From positions 1,120,001-1,184,000 of the forward strand of contig CAWHHI010000016.1 of the NCBI GenBank assembly GCA_963829055.1: DNA of 64,000 bases, in the 5' to 3' direction. The notes below the pieces were generated by a model that had not been told where the DNA came from, made no database searches, and saw only the letters and a program-made list of their open reading frames with translations. The DNA is from an uncultured Gemmatimonadaceae bacterium. GTDB lineage: Bacteria; Gemmatimonadota; Gemmatimonadetes; Gemmatimonadales; Gemmatimonadaceae. Positions 31,381 to 43,082 of the stretch are shown in pieces (positions within the stretch are counted from its first letter, which is position 1; the number at the start of each line of letters is the position of its first letter). Both the position numbers and the translations under genes were made by a program.

Positions 31381-32174
31381 CGCTCACGCTCCTCGCGAAG
31401 TGGTAGGGCGGCCACGGCCCGGTGAACTCGAGACGGAATCCGCGCCCGTTGTGTTCGCGCATGAACGTCGTTACCGCCGCGCGAAACTCATCGATGCGGC
31501 CGTGGCCGACCAGGAATGACGCGTTGAGAACAGCCGCTCCCTTCTGATCCGGATCTGTCTTTGGCAGCGGGTCCTGCGTAGACGCGAGCGCGTGCGTCGC
31601 GAGCTCGTTGTAGGCTGCACTCGCGACTGTAGCGGCGACGCGATGGATCTCATCCTTGCGCGCCGCGTCGAGCTTTCTCCTCAGCAGGTATGCCTGGCCC
31701 GGCGACGGCGCGGACGAGACTTCCGCCTCGAGGGCCGCGAGCTCCGGGCTGAACGATGACAGCGCCCGTCGTAGCTCCTGGTCCACACGAAATATCCGCA
31801 CGCCGTATTCGCGGCCACGCGCCAGATCTCTCGAGGAGACGGCGCAACTCGTCGCGCCGCTCGGTGAGCATCGCCCGCACCGCGTCTTCCGACCGGAAGA
31901 GCGACAACAGCGGCAGCGGCACGACTGCGCCGAGATCACTCGCCCAGGTCAACACCGCATCGTGTGCCGTCGCGCGCGGCGCGAGCCACGACACATCAGC
32001 AATGCGGTCGTCGACGCCCGACCCGTACACCGCCGCGTCGATGCGTCCCGCGAGTGCGGCAACGTCACCGTCGGCGATCAGCCCGACCGCGTGTCCATCG
32101 ATTCCCGGAGGCGCGGCCTCGATCGCGATGTTCGCCGGCACGACCGCGTACACGTAGTAGAGATGATCAGCCAT
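31370..32174 (-). CDS. GvpL/GvpF family protein (frameshift near 31830)
   Basis: LYYVYAVV, AHDAVL, VVPL in one frame; REYGVRIF, GQAYL, VLNASFLV, TGPWPPYHF in the next. Confidence 0.85.
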
Positions 32175-34067
32175 CGAGTCCCAGCGATCTCCAGTCTTCG
32201 AGCCATTGTAGTAATCGCGGCGCACCGACCGGTGGGGGCATGACGTCGGCGGCAACAAACTGCCGGACGGATGGCTCGACTGGAAGAGGCGCGGGGACGC
32301 CCTCTGCTCGATTCCAGAGGATCGCGGGCACGTGGTTGCCGAGCGCGCGCACGCGGTCGATGACGCGGACGGCCTCGAGCCGTACGACCGGCTCGTCGAG
32401 CGCCACGACCATCACGCCGGCGCGCGCGGGGTCACGCAACAGCGCGCCCACCGCACGCGTGCGACGAGCGAACGCCAGCAGCTCGGCCGACACCTCGTTG
32501 CCACCAGCGAGCTCGCGGTACTTGAGCATCAGCCGCAGCAGTCGGTGAGACCAGTCGAGGGCGAGTGCCGGCATCTCGAGCAACCGTACGAGGTGGCCCG
32601 TGGGCGCCGGGTCGATGACGATCCGTTCGTACCGTCCGTCGGCGAGTGCGTCCCCAAGCCAGACGAGCGCGTACAGTTCGTCGATCCCGGGCGGCGCCAG
32701 CGCGAGCAGTTGACGTGCGATCGCCCGATCGTGCGTGGCGTCGAGGCCGGGGCCCATCAAGGCGTCGAACGCGCCGTCGACGCGCGATTCGTATTCCGCT
32801 CGCCAGCGGGCGAACGCGGCGCTCGCGTCGATCTGCCGGGCGACGAGACCGAACCCGTCGCGGACCAGCCGGTCCTCGTCACCAATGGGCTGATCGAGCG
32901 CGTCGCCAATGGACGGCGCGGGATCGGTCGAGACGAGAAACGTGCGGTGGCCTACGCGCGCGTGAGCGAGCGCGATCGCGCACGAGGCAGACGTCTTTCC
33001 CACCCCACCCTTGCCGCCAACGATGAGCACCGGCGGAACTGTCGCAATGAAGTCGGTCGCGAACGGCAGCGCGCGCGTCGACGTGGACGGTCTCGTTTGG
33101 CGAGCGCGCTGTCCGGCCGCGGAGCGGCGAGCGCGCGACCAGCGCCTAACGTTGCTGCTCCACAGCTCGACACCATCGGGCCCGGCCGGAACGACATCGA
33201 GCGCGCGCACCGTGAACAGCGCGCCTCCAGGGGCGGCACCGCGCACGGCGTCGACTGCACTCGCGACGTTCTCGCCGTGCACCAACGGCACGGCGTTCAT
33301 CACGATCGCGCGCACAGTCAGTCCGCTGTTCGCGAGCGCGGCTGCATAACGCGTGGTTTCCGCCACGACGACGGGCTCAGGGCGCGTCACCAGCACGACC
33401 GCGGTGTGACTCGCGTCGCTCGTGATCGCATGAAGCCGCGCGATCCGCGAGCGCAGGCTCGCGATGAACGAGTCCGCCGCATCCGGTTTGTAGCGGTGGA
33501 GCAGCGCCGAGACCATGAACCGGTGCTTGGCCTGCATCGTGTCGAGCAGATCGATGACGGCCTGGAACGTGTCCGGGAGCGCGAGCAGCCGTAGCGTGTG
33601 CCCCGTGGGCGCGGTGTCGAGAATCACGCGCTCCCAGTCGCCATCGTCGGCGAGATCCGCGAGCGCCAGCAGCGCCATCGTCTCGTCGATCCCCGGAAGC
33701 GTCGCATCGATGAGTCCCTGAATGTCGTCGCGATCCAGGTACGTGCCGCGATCGATGATCGTCGCCAGGGTCTCGCCCCATTGCTGGATGAACTTCGCGC
33801 GCGCGGCGGTCGCGTCGAGCTGACACGCGAACAGATTCGGCACCGCCGCGACCGGCGACGGTGCGCCGCCGAGCGGGGATCCGAGCACGTCGGCGAGCGC
33901 GCCAGCCGGGTCGGTCGAGAGGACGAGCGTGCGGACGCCATCGCGCGCGCTCCGGGTGCCTAACGCGGCAGCACAGGTCGTCTTGCCGACGCCTCCCTTC
34001 CCCCCAACGAGCGTCCAGGACGCGAGCGACGCGAGCAGCGCGTCGATCCCGCTCAGCCGGCGGTCAT
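32167..34067 (-). CDS. Tandem two-domain ArsA/Get3-family ATPase
   Basis: Frame is open upstream of the ORF-track start (LSGIDALL...VGGKGGVGKTT...STDPAG); PGIDE, DTAPTGH; second half GKGGVGKTS, STDPAPS, PGIDE, DPAPTGH; start uncertain (CTG 34056, or ATG 34067 with a 1-nt indel). Confidence 0.88.
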
Positions 34068-34369
34068 TCGGCGTCGTCGCTCTCCCGCGCCACTCGCACC
34101 GGGCCGCCAGCGGTGGCCATGCCGAGCCGCTCCCGCCACGCGCGCACCTCGCGCAGGCGCGCCATCACGTCCGCCTCTCGGCGCACGTATTCCTCGTCGT
34201 CAATGTCGCCGAGCTCGACCAGCATCTGGAGCTCCATGAGCTCCTGCTTGATGGGGGTGTCGTCGACGAGCTGCTCCTCCACGACGCGCTGCACCTTGCC
34301 TAACGACCAGCGGATGCCCGCGACAGGTCCCGCGACGGGAAAGAAGAGGAGCTTACTCAGCAGGCCCAT
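34064..34369 (-). CDS. gvpG: Gas vesicle protein GvpG
   Basis: LLFFPVAGPVAGIRW, IKQELMELQMLVELGDIDDEEYVRREADVMARL. Confidence 0.85.
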   Translation of the reverse strand: MGLLSKLLFFPVAGPVAGIRWSLGKVQRVVEEQLVDDTPIKQELMELQMLVELGDIDDEEYVRREADVMARLREVRAWRERLGMATAGGPVRVARESDDAE

Positions 34370-34385
34370 CGTCCAGACCCGGAAC

Positions 34386-34446
34386 GCGGATGGCGGATGG
34401 CGGATGGCGGAACATTCGATTCCCCATTCCCGATTCCCTATTCCCG
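34386..34446. repeat. Heptamer tandem repeats (GCGGATG)3 and (ATTCCCN)4 in the gvpF-gvpG spacer
   Basis: Directly visible. Confidence 0.8.
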
Positions 34447-34447
34447 A

Positions 34448-35269
34448 TCAGTTGGCTTTCTCGAGCTTCAGCTTGATGTTCACGAAGTTGTACGGCGGCC
34501 ACGGACCGGTGTACTTGAACGTCAGCAGCTCGTCGTAGCGGCGGCTCACTTCTTTCACCTTGTCGTCGAACAGGCGCTCCTGCGTGCGGTCGACGAGGAA
34601 GGCCGCGTTCAGAATCATGCGGTCGCCGATGACCTTGTTGCTGCGGCTCGCGACGGCGACCGGCTTCAGCGCCTCGTGAATGTCCGCGACGTAGCGACCC
34701 TGCACGCCTTCGAGCGCCGATTCTACGAGGCGTCCGAGCTGCATCCGCGCGAAGTACGTCGAGGACGCTGTGTTCCGGCTGATCTCGTCCTTGAGACGGC
34801 GGATCTCGTCGTTCTCACGCTCGAGGTTCGCGATCACCTTCTCGCGCTCCCAGAGGACCTTGAGGCCGAACTCGATCTTGTCCTGCATCTTGTCCAGGAC
34901 ATCGCTGAACGCCTGATAGGTCGACCGCAGCAATTCGGTCACATCGTCTTCTGACCGGAAGACCGTCCCGAATGACATCGGGATGACCGTGAACTCGCGC
35001 ATGACTGTCTCGTTCACGAACTCGTGCGCCAGCACGTGCTCACGCGTCGGATCGTAGATGACGAGCGGCGTATCACTCACGATCGCCGCGAGATCCTGGA
35101 AATGCACGGTGTACACGCGCTGTCCGCCGCCAATGCCGACGCTTCCGAAGTCGCGTTGCTTGTCGAGCCGGATGATGCAGTAGACGTACTTGCCGTCGAC
35201 CGCGGGTTGCGTGAGCCCAGGCTGCGGGAGAACGGGCGTGTCGCTTCGAACGGTCTGAGGCTCGGTCAT
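34448..35269 (-). CDS. gvpF: Gas vesicle protein GvpF (GvpL/F family)
   Basis: GKYVYCII, VLAHEFVNE, VIPMSFGTVF, MILNAAFLV, TGPWPPYNFV; start set at ATG 35269. Confidence 0.88.
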   Translation of the reverse strand: MTEPQTVRSDTPVLPQPGLTQPAVDGKYVYCIIRLDKQRDFGSVGIGGGQRVYTVHFQDLAAIVSDTPLVIYDPTREHVLAHEFVNETVMREFTVIPMSFGTVFRSEDDVTELLRSTYQAFSDVLDKMQDKIEFGLKVLWEREKVIANLERENDEIRRLKDEISRNTASSTYFARMQLGRLVESALEGVQGRYVADIHEALKPVAVASRSNKVIGDRMILNAAFLVDRTQERLFDDKVKEVSRRYDELLTFKYTGPWPPYNFVNIKLKLEKAN

Positions 35270-35524
35270 CACAGGGTCCCGGTTGGCGACAATCGTACGG
35301 CTCCCGAAGCCGAGGAGAGATTCGCCAGAAAGTAGCAATCGGGCAGGATCGGGGAAAGACTCGATGTTACGCTGCGGACGGCACGGGTTGTCGGTTGGGA
35401 TTCCCAGCGGAGCCAGCCGCCCGAGAACCAGCAGGCGCGGCGAGTCCGCCATCACTTGCGACCGATTCTTCGCCGCGCCATAATCGGCGCCCCCCGCCCT
35501 CAGTACCCTCCACTGGATCGTCCG

Positions 35525-36259
35525 ATGCGCCTCACTATGCGTCCGCTCGCCGCCGTCGCGCTCACGGTACTCGCTGCCTGCGGGTCCATCACCGATCCGG
35601 TCGATCCCCTGGCCAAACGGACACCGCCGCCGCCTCCGCCTCCGGCGCACCCGATCATTCTGTTCGTGCACGGATGGAACGCGAACGCGACTACGTGGAC
35701 GACCATGGTCGGACGCTTCAAGGCGGACGGGTGGCAGAGCTCGGAGCTGTCTGCCTTCTCGTACGACTTCTCGAAGTCGAACGCGACCACGGCGGCGCTG
35801 ATCGCCGGGAAGGTGGACTCCATCCGCGCCAAGACGGGCGTGGCCCAGGTAACGATCATCTCACACTCGATGGGCGCCCTCTCGGCGCGCTACTACGTCC
35901 GCAACCTGGGCGGCGACGGTAAGGTCGCGGCGCTCATTACGCTCGGCGGCACGAACCACGGCACGAACACGGCCGTGTTCTGCCTGCAGACATCGTGCAG
36001 GGAGATGATCCCGGGATCGTCGTTCCTGACCGCGCTCAACGCGACGGATGAATCGTGGGGATTGCCGCGGTACGCTACGTGGTGGTCGCCGTGCGACGAG
36101 GTGATCAATCCCCGTGACAGCGCACTGCTCAGCGGCGGCGCGGAGAACTATCAGACCGCATGCATTCAGCACAGTCAGCTGCACGAGGACGCCACCGTGT
36201 ACGCGTCGGTGCGTGACTGGGTGAAACAGCCGGCGACGGTCCTGGCGAGCGTGCGTTAG
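35525..36259 (+). CDS. Secreted lipoprotein lipase/esterase (alpha/beta hydrolase, lipase_2-like)
   Basis: Lipobox LAAC, FVHGW oxyanion motif, SHSMG nucleophile, NHGT, CDEVI, His near C-terminus. Confidence 0.85.
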   Translation: MRLTMRPLAAVALTVLAACGSITDPVDPLAKRTPPPPPPPAHPIILFVHGWNANATTWTTMVGRFKADGWQSSELSAFSYDFSKSNATTAALIAGKVDSIRAKTGVAQVTIISHSMGALSARYYVRNLGGDGKVAALITLGGTNHGTNTAVFCLQTSCREMIPGSSFLTALNATDESWGLPRYATWWSPCDEVINPRDSALLSGGAENYQTACIQHSQLHEDATVYASVRDWVKQPATVLASVR

Positions 36260-36277
36260 GCAGCCAGCGTCGCAAGC

Positions 36278-36312
36278 AAAAGGCGGCACCGCTCGAGCGG
36301 TGCCGCCTTTTT
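36278..36312. terminator. Bidirectional intrinsic terminator
   Basis: AAAAGGCGGCACCGCTCGAGCGGTGCCGCCTTTTT between convergent lipase and nrdJ. Confidence 0.9.
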
Positions 36313-36350
36313 CGCAAGACGGTGGTTGTGTCCGACCGCGTCGATTTACG

Positions 36351-38873
<2,523 letters not shown>

Positions 38874-39355
38874 ATTTACATCTCCCTGGAAAGCGTAAAA
38901 AGCGTAGCGTTACGACGACTGACAGGGCGGCGGGGCGGGAACCTCGCTTCGCGCGGAGCGGCGAAGAGGGCGCAGTTTATCGGCGTTCGTGAAACCGCGC
39001 CAGTCCGCACGTAAGTGGTCATACAGCAACGACTTATTCTTTGCACATCACGAATCTCAATCCGAGCTCGACTTTTCCACGGCCGCAGGATTACACCGCT
39101 CTCACGTTCGCCACGAAATCTACCCCGTTCGCGACTGCGATGGCTGCCTAACGCGTCGTGCATGGTCAACTCGATGACGCTAAAGCGGTTGCCCAATCCA
39201 ACGACCACATTCTCGGTCACGCCGCAGCCCTCCGTCCGTCGAGCACGGTAGTCGGCCGTTGGGAGCGCGCCGATCGCACGTCGGGTGTTCTTGCCCGGAA
39301 ACACGTGCAGCGTGCGTGCCACCGGCGCCCTCGCAGGCCGAACGCCGACAAGCAC

Positions 39356-39877
39356 TTAGGCTGAGTTCGGCTGCTCCGACGTTATTCTGCGGGCGAACTC
39401 GCCGCGACGGTGGCGCTCGGCCAACTCGAGATACGCGGCCACCGCTGATGCTCCTCGAGTGCGCAACGTCTCGTCCGCCGAACGCACGATCCGGCCAGGC
39501 ACGCCGAGCACCAGGGAATTCGGTGGGATCACCATCCCCTCGCTACACACCGCGCCAGCGCCGACGAGAGATCCACGACCCACGACGACGCGATTGAGCA
39601 CGATCGCGCCCATCGCGATGAGACAGTCGTCCTCGACGGTCGCACCATGCACGATCGCTCGATGCCCGATCGCGACGCGCGCGCCGATCGTGCAGGGCAA
39701 CCCGGGATCGACGTGAATCACGACGCCGTCCTGCACGTTGCTCGACTCACCGATGGTGATCGGTGCGGAATCGGCGCGGATCACGGCGCCCGGCCACACC
39801 GAGGCGCGCGGGCCGAGCGTGACGTCGCCGCACACGAAGGCGGCGGGGTGGATGAATGCCGTCGGATGAATGGTCAC
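39356..39877 (-). CDS. Gamma carbonic anhydrase family protein
   Basis: Hexapeptide repeats, IRAD, SNVQDG..IH, IGHRAIVHG, LGVPG. Confidence 0.9.
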   Translation of the reverse strand: MTIHPTAFIHPAAFVCGDVTLGPRASVWPGAVIRADSAPITIGESSNVQDGVVIHVDPGLPCTIGARVAIGHRAIVHGATVEDDCLIAMGAIVLNRVVVGRGSLVGAGAVCSEGMVIPPNSLVLGVPGRIVRSADETLRTRGASAVAAYLELAERHRRGEFARRITSEQPNSA

Positions 39878-41778
39878 GGCTGCTGGACCTGTCGGCCCAA
39901 CGCGCGGAAATACGCCACGAGGCCGTCGGCGACGCCTAACGCGTAGCGCTCCTGGAATTCCACCGTACGCACCGCCGCCTCCTGCTCGGGAATCATGATG
40001 AATGCGCCCTCACAGAGAACCGATGGCATCCAGGGGTGTCGCAGATCCGACAGGTTGTCGTAGAAGATGCCGAGGTCGCGGAGCCCCATCCGGAGAACCA
40101 TGCCGCGCTGGACCTCGCGCGCGAGCGGCTCGGACGACGGATGAAAATAGTACGATCCCGTCCCGTTCGCGGTGAACGGATTCACGCCGTCGGGAAGGGC
40201 GTTGAGGTGAATGGATACGAAGGCGTGTGCGCCCGCCTGACGTGCGAGCACGGGACGGATCGCCAGCGCAAGCGGATCGGCCGTCGTCCGCGTCATCACC
40301 ACGCGGGCTCCGCGCGCCTCGAGAATCGTCTTGAGACGCTGGCTGATCGCGAGCGTCGGGACCGCTTCGTACAAGCCTGTGGGACCTGTGGAGCCCGCTG
40401 GCGGATGGCCGGCATTCACCACGATCGTCAGCCCCTTGAGTGGCGACGCCGCATCGATCGCCGGCTGGCGACGGATGCGAAGCGTGAACGCGCCGCGATC
40501 CCACATGGGGAGGTAGCCGTATGGCGCGTGAGCGAGGTCGATCTCGAAGCGGGCGCGGTCGCTCGTCTCCTGGTACCAGCGCACGCGTCGCACGAGGGAG
40601 TCATCGCCGACGTAGCCGATGATATCCGTGTTCGCCTGCACGCCATACATCACCAGCACCAGCGTGTTGCCCTGCTCGCGAACCTCGAACGGCGGTCGAT
40701 CTCCAGTCGGGATGACGACGTCCACCCAGTCGCGCGACGCGACGACGCGCGCGTTGCCCGCGGTGCGGCGCGGCCCTGCAATGCCGGCCGGAAGCTCCGT
40801 CACGTCGCCGGCCGCGGCCCACGCCTCGAGCCCGGAATCGAGTCGAACGCGGACCATGTCGCCGACCCGACCCGTGGCTTCCAGCGTGGTCCCGGCGAAC
40901 AGCAGCCACTTGTACGTCCCGTTAGGCACCGGCCGCAGGATCACCACCCGGTCGGTATCGGGCACGCCGGCTCCGCCGGTGAGACGGACCCACCGTACCC
41001 GCAGTGGGTCGTCGACCGTGACGTCCCGGATCGCGAAGCGGGCCGTGTCGAGTCCGCGGCCAACGACCAGCTCCGCGCCAGCCGCGAGCGCCTCGGCAGG
41101 GGCGTCGGTCGACCAGACGAACGGGTCGACGTCGTTCGGACCGACGGTAACACGCAGGGAATCCAGTGCACGCGCGGCGTTCACGAGCCGGCGTTCGCTT
41201 CCGTCCCTCAGCCGAACGGTTACGACCGCGTTTCTCGGTGCGCGCAGGCTCACGCGAACGCGCTCGCCGGCGCGCGCGATGCGGACGCCGCGCGGCGATA
41301 CACTGGCCGTGTCCACCACCAGGCGACCGGTGTCAGCGAGCACGAGGCGCGGCGGCAGCAGCTTGATGGGATGATCGGCCCGCGCTGTATCGGCCCCACG
41401 CGCAGCGACGATCGCGTATCGCGGCGCGGTCGCTGGAGGTACCGGCAAGTACGCGATGAAGCTTCCGTTGGGTACGACGGGCACCGGCGTCCCGTTGATG
41501 CGGAGGGTCGCCCGCCCGCTGCCAACGGTGCCGAAAATGAAGTTCGAGTCTCGCGCCTGAACAACGGCGCCGGCCGGCGGGTAAACCACACGGACGGCGA
41601 GCGGCCCATCGACCAGCGGGACGGGCGGGAGGGCCGCCGCAGCGACGGGTGCCGCCGATCGGGCCGCCGGTGACCGCGCCGGAGCGCATGCCAGCACCGC
41701 TGCCGCGACGCCGGCGATGAGGCGAGGAACACGCGTTCGTGCGCGAACTCGTGAGCAGTGGGGCCTATCATCGAGCAT
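39874..41778 (-). CDS. N-acetylmuramoyl-L-alanine amidase (Amidase_3), probably a lipoprotein
   Basis: C-terminal IVVNAGH, E, FVSIHLNA, SVLCEGAF; LAC lipobox; start uncertain. Confidence 0.85.
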   Translation of the reverse strand: MLDDRPHCSRVRARTRVPRLIAGVAAAVLACAPARSPAARSAAPVAAAALPPVPLVDGPLAVRVVYPPAGAVVQARDSNFIFGTVGSGRATLRINGTPVPVVPNGSFIAYLPVPPATAPRYAIVAARGADTARADHPIKLLPPRLVLADTGRLVVDTASVSPRGVRIARAGERVRVSLRAPRNAVVTVRLRDGSERRLVNAARALDSLRVTVGPNDVDPFVWSTDAPAEALAAGAELVVGRGLDTARFAIRDVTVDDPLRVRWVRLTGGAGVPDTDRVVILRPVPNGTYKWLLFAGTTLEATGRVGDMVRVRLDSGLEAWAAAGDVTELPAGIAGPRRTAGNARVVASRDWVDVVIPTGDRPPFEVREQGNTLVLVMYGVQANTDIIGYVGDDSLVRRVRWYQETSDRARFEIDLAHAPYGYLPMWDRGAFTLRIRRQPAIDAASPLKGLTIVVNAGHPPAGSTGPTGLYEAVPTLAISQRLKTILEARGARVVMTRTTADPLALAIRPVLARQAGAHAFVSIHLNALPDGVNPFTANGTGSYYFHPSSEPLAREVQRGMVLRMGLRDLGIFYDNLSDLRHPWMPSVLCEGAFIMIPEQEAAVRTVEFQERYALGVADGLVAYFRALGRQVQQP

Positions 41779-41945
41779 GGCGGTGAAAGTAATGTCGTGC
41801 CATTCGCTCTCGCGACCGTCGAACGACCCGTCTGCTTCGATTCGACAGTCGAAATTGCCCCTGGTTTTGCCGACCCGTATATATTCGTGACCTTCGCGCG
41901 CCTCTGGCCGCCATACCCGTCCGCCCCGACGCTTCCGGAGCACGT

Positions 41946-43055
41946 TTGACGGTCAACCACCATCCGACGCCGACGGATCCGATCACGCCTCCTGGCGCGA
42001 TCGTGCTGCACGTCTTTGCGCATTCGGACGTGGGGCGCACGCGAGAGCACAACGAGGACGCGTTCGTCGTCGCGGACCTCGCACGGGGCGAACCCCTCTC
42101 GTTCGACCACCTCCGGACGGAACGCGTCGGTCCACGCGGCACGCTGTTCATGGTGGCCGACGGCATGGGCGGGGCCGCCGCTGGCGAGATCGCGAGCGAG
42201 ATGGCCGTCGAGGTCGTGCTCCAGCAGATGCGCCGGCGCTGGCGCGACGGGGCTACGGTAGAACCCGTCGCCTTCGTGGGAACGCTCAAGGCCGCGACCG
42301 AAGTCGCGAACGCCACGATCCACCACTACGCGGCCGACCACCCCGAGCTTCGGGGTATGGGCACGACCGCGACGATCGCCGGTCTGCTCGGCGACACGCT
42401 CTACCTCGCCCAGGTTGGCGATAGCCGGGCGTACCTGGTGCGGGACGGGGTCGCGATTCAGATCACGAAGGACCAGTCCCTGATGCAGAAGCTCATCGAG
42501 GCTGGCGAGATCACGGTCGAAGAAGCGGAGTTGAGCGACCGCCGCAACATCATTCTGCAGGCGCTCGGACCCGAGCCGCACGTGAAGATCGATCTCACGC
42601 ACCAGCGCGTGCGGCGCGACGACGTGCTCGTACTCTGCAGCGACGGGCTATCGGGGCTCGTGAAGCCGGATCAGATCGCGCGGGCGGTGACCGAGGAGGC
42701 GAGCCCCGAGCTCGCGGCTGAGCGACTGGTGGAGCTCGCGAACTCCTCGGGTGGCCCGGACAACATTACCGTCGTCGTTGCGCGGTTCGACGGCTCAGGG
42801 CTCGAATCCGCTGCTCCGGTCGACGAAGTCGGGCATCGGGTGTTCGACTCACCGGACCTCGTAACCCCGACGTCGACGTCGCCCATCGTGCGGGTGGAGT
42901 CCATTCCGGAGCCCGTCAGCATCATTCCCCAGGTGGAGGAGCCGCCGCCGGACATCGAGCGAAAGAAGCGCGGCGTCCTGTATGTCCGTGTCCTCGCGGC
43001 GGTCGGAATCGGGCTGACGCTCGTGTTTCTCTGGCAGGTGCTGACGAAGCTCTGA
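41946..43055 (+). CDS. PP2C-type Ser/Thr phosphatase (Stp1/PrpC-like) with C-terminal TM
   Basis: SDVGRTREHNED, VADGMGG, MGTT, VGDSRAY, LCSDGL, GGPDNIT. Confidence 0.92.
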   Translation: MTVNHHPTPTDPITPPGAIVLHVFAHSDVGRTREHNEDAFVVADLARGEPLSFDHLRTERVGPRGTLFMVADGMGGAAAGEIASEMAVEVVLQQMRRRWRDGATVEPVAFVGTLKAATEVANATIHHYAADHPELRGMGTTATIAGLLGDTLYLAQVGDSRAYLVRDGVAIQITKDQSLMQKLIEAGEITVEEAELSDRRNIILQALGPEPHVKIDLTHQRVRRDDVLVLCSDGLSGLVKPDQIARAVTEEASPELAAERLVELANSSGGPDNITVVVARFDGSGLESAAPVDEVGHRVFDSPDLVTPTSTSPIVRVESIPEPVSIIPQVEEPPPDIERKKRGVLYVRVLAAVGIGLTLVFLWQVLTKL

Positions 43056-43082
43056 ACCGCACGCGCCCTGCCTGTCGGCGGG

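Noticed and set aside
32167..34067. Arsenic-resistance arsA
   Set aside because: No ars operon genes nearby, the ArsA metalloid-binding segment is replaced by PGIDE, and the gene is embedded among gvp genes
38876..39355. Cobalamin riboswitch or a 159-aa CDS upstream of nrdJ
   Set aside because: No B12-box motifs seen; the ORF has no recognisable domain and atypical composition
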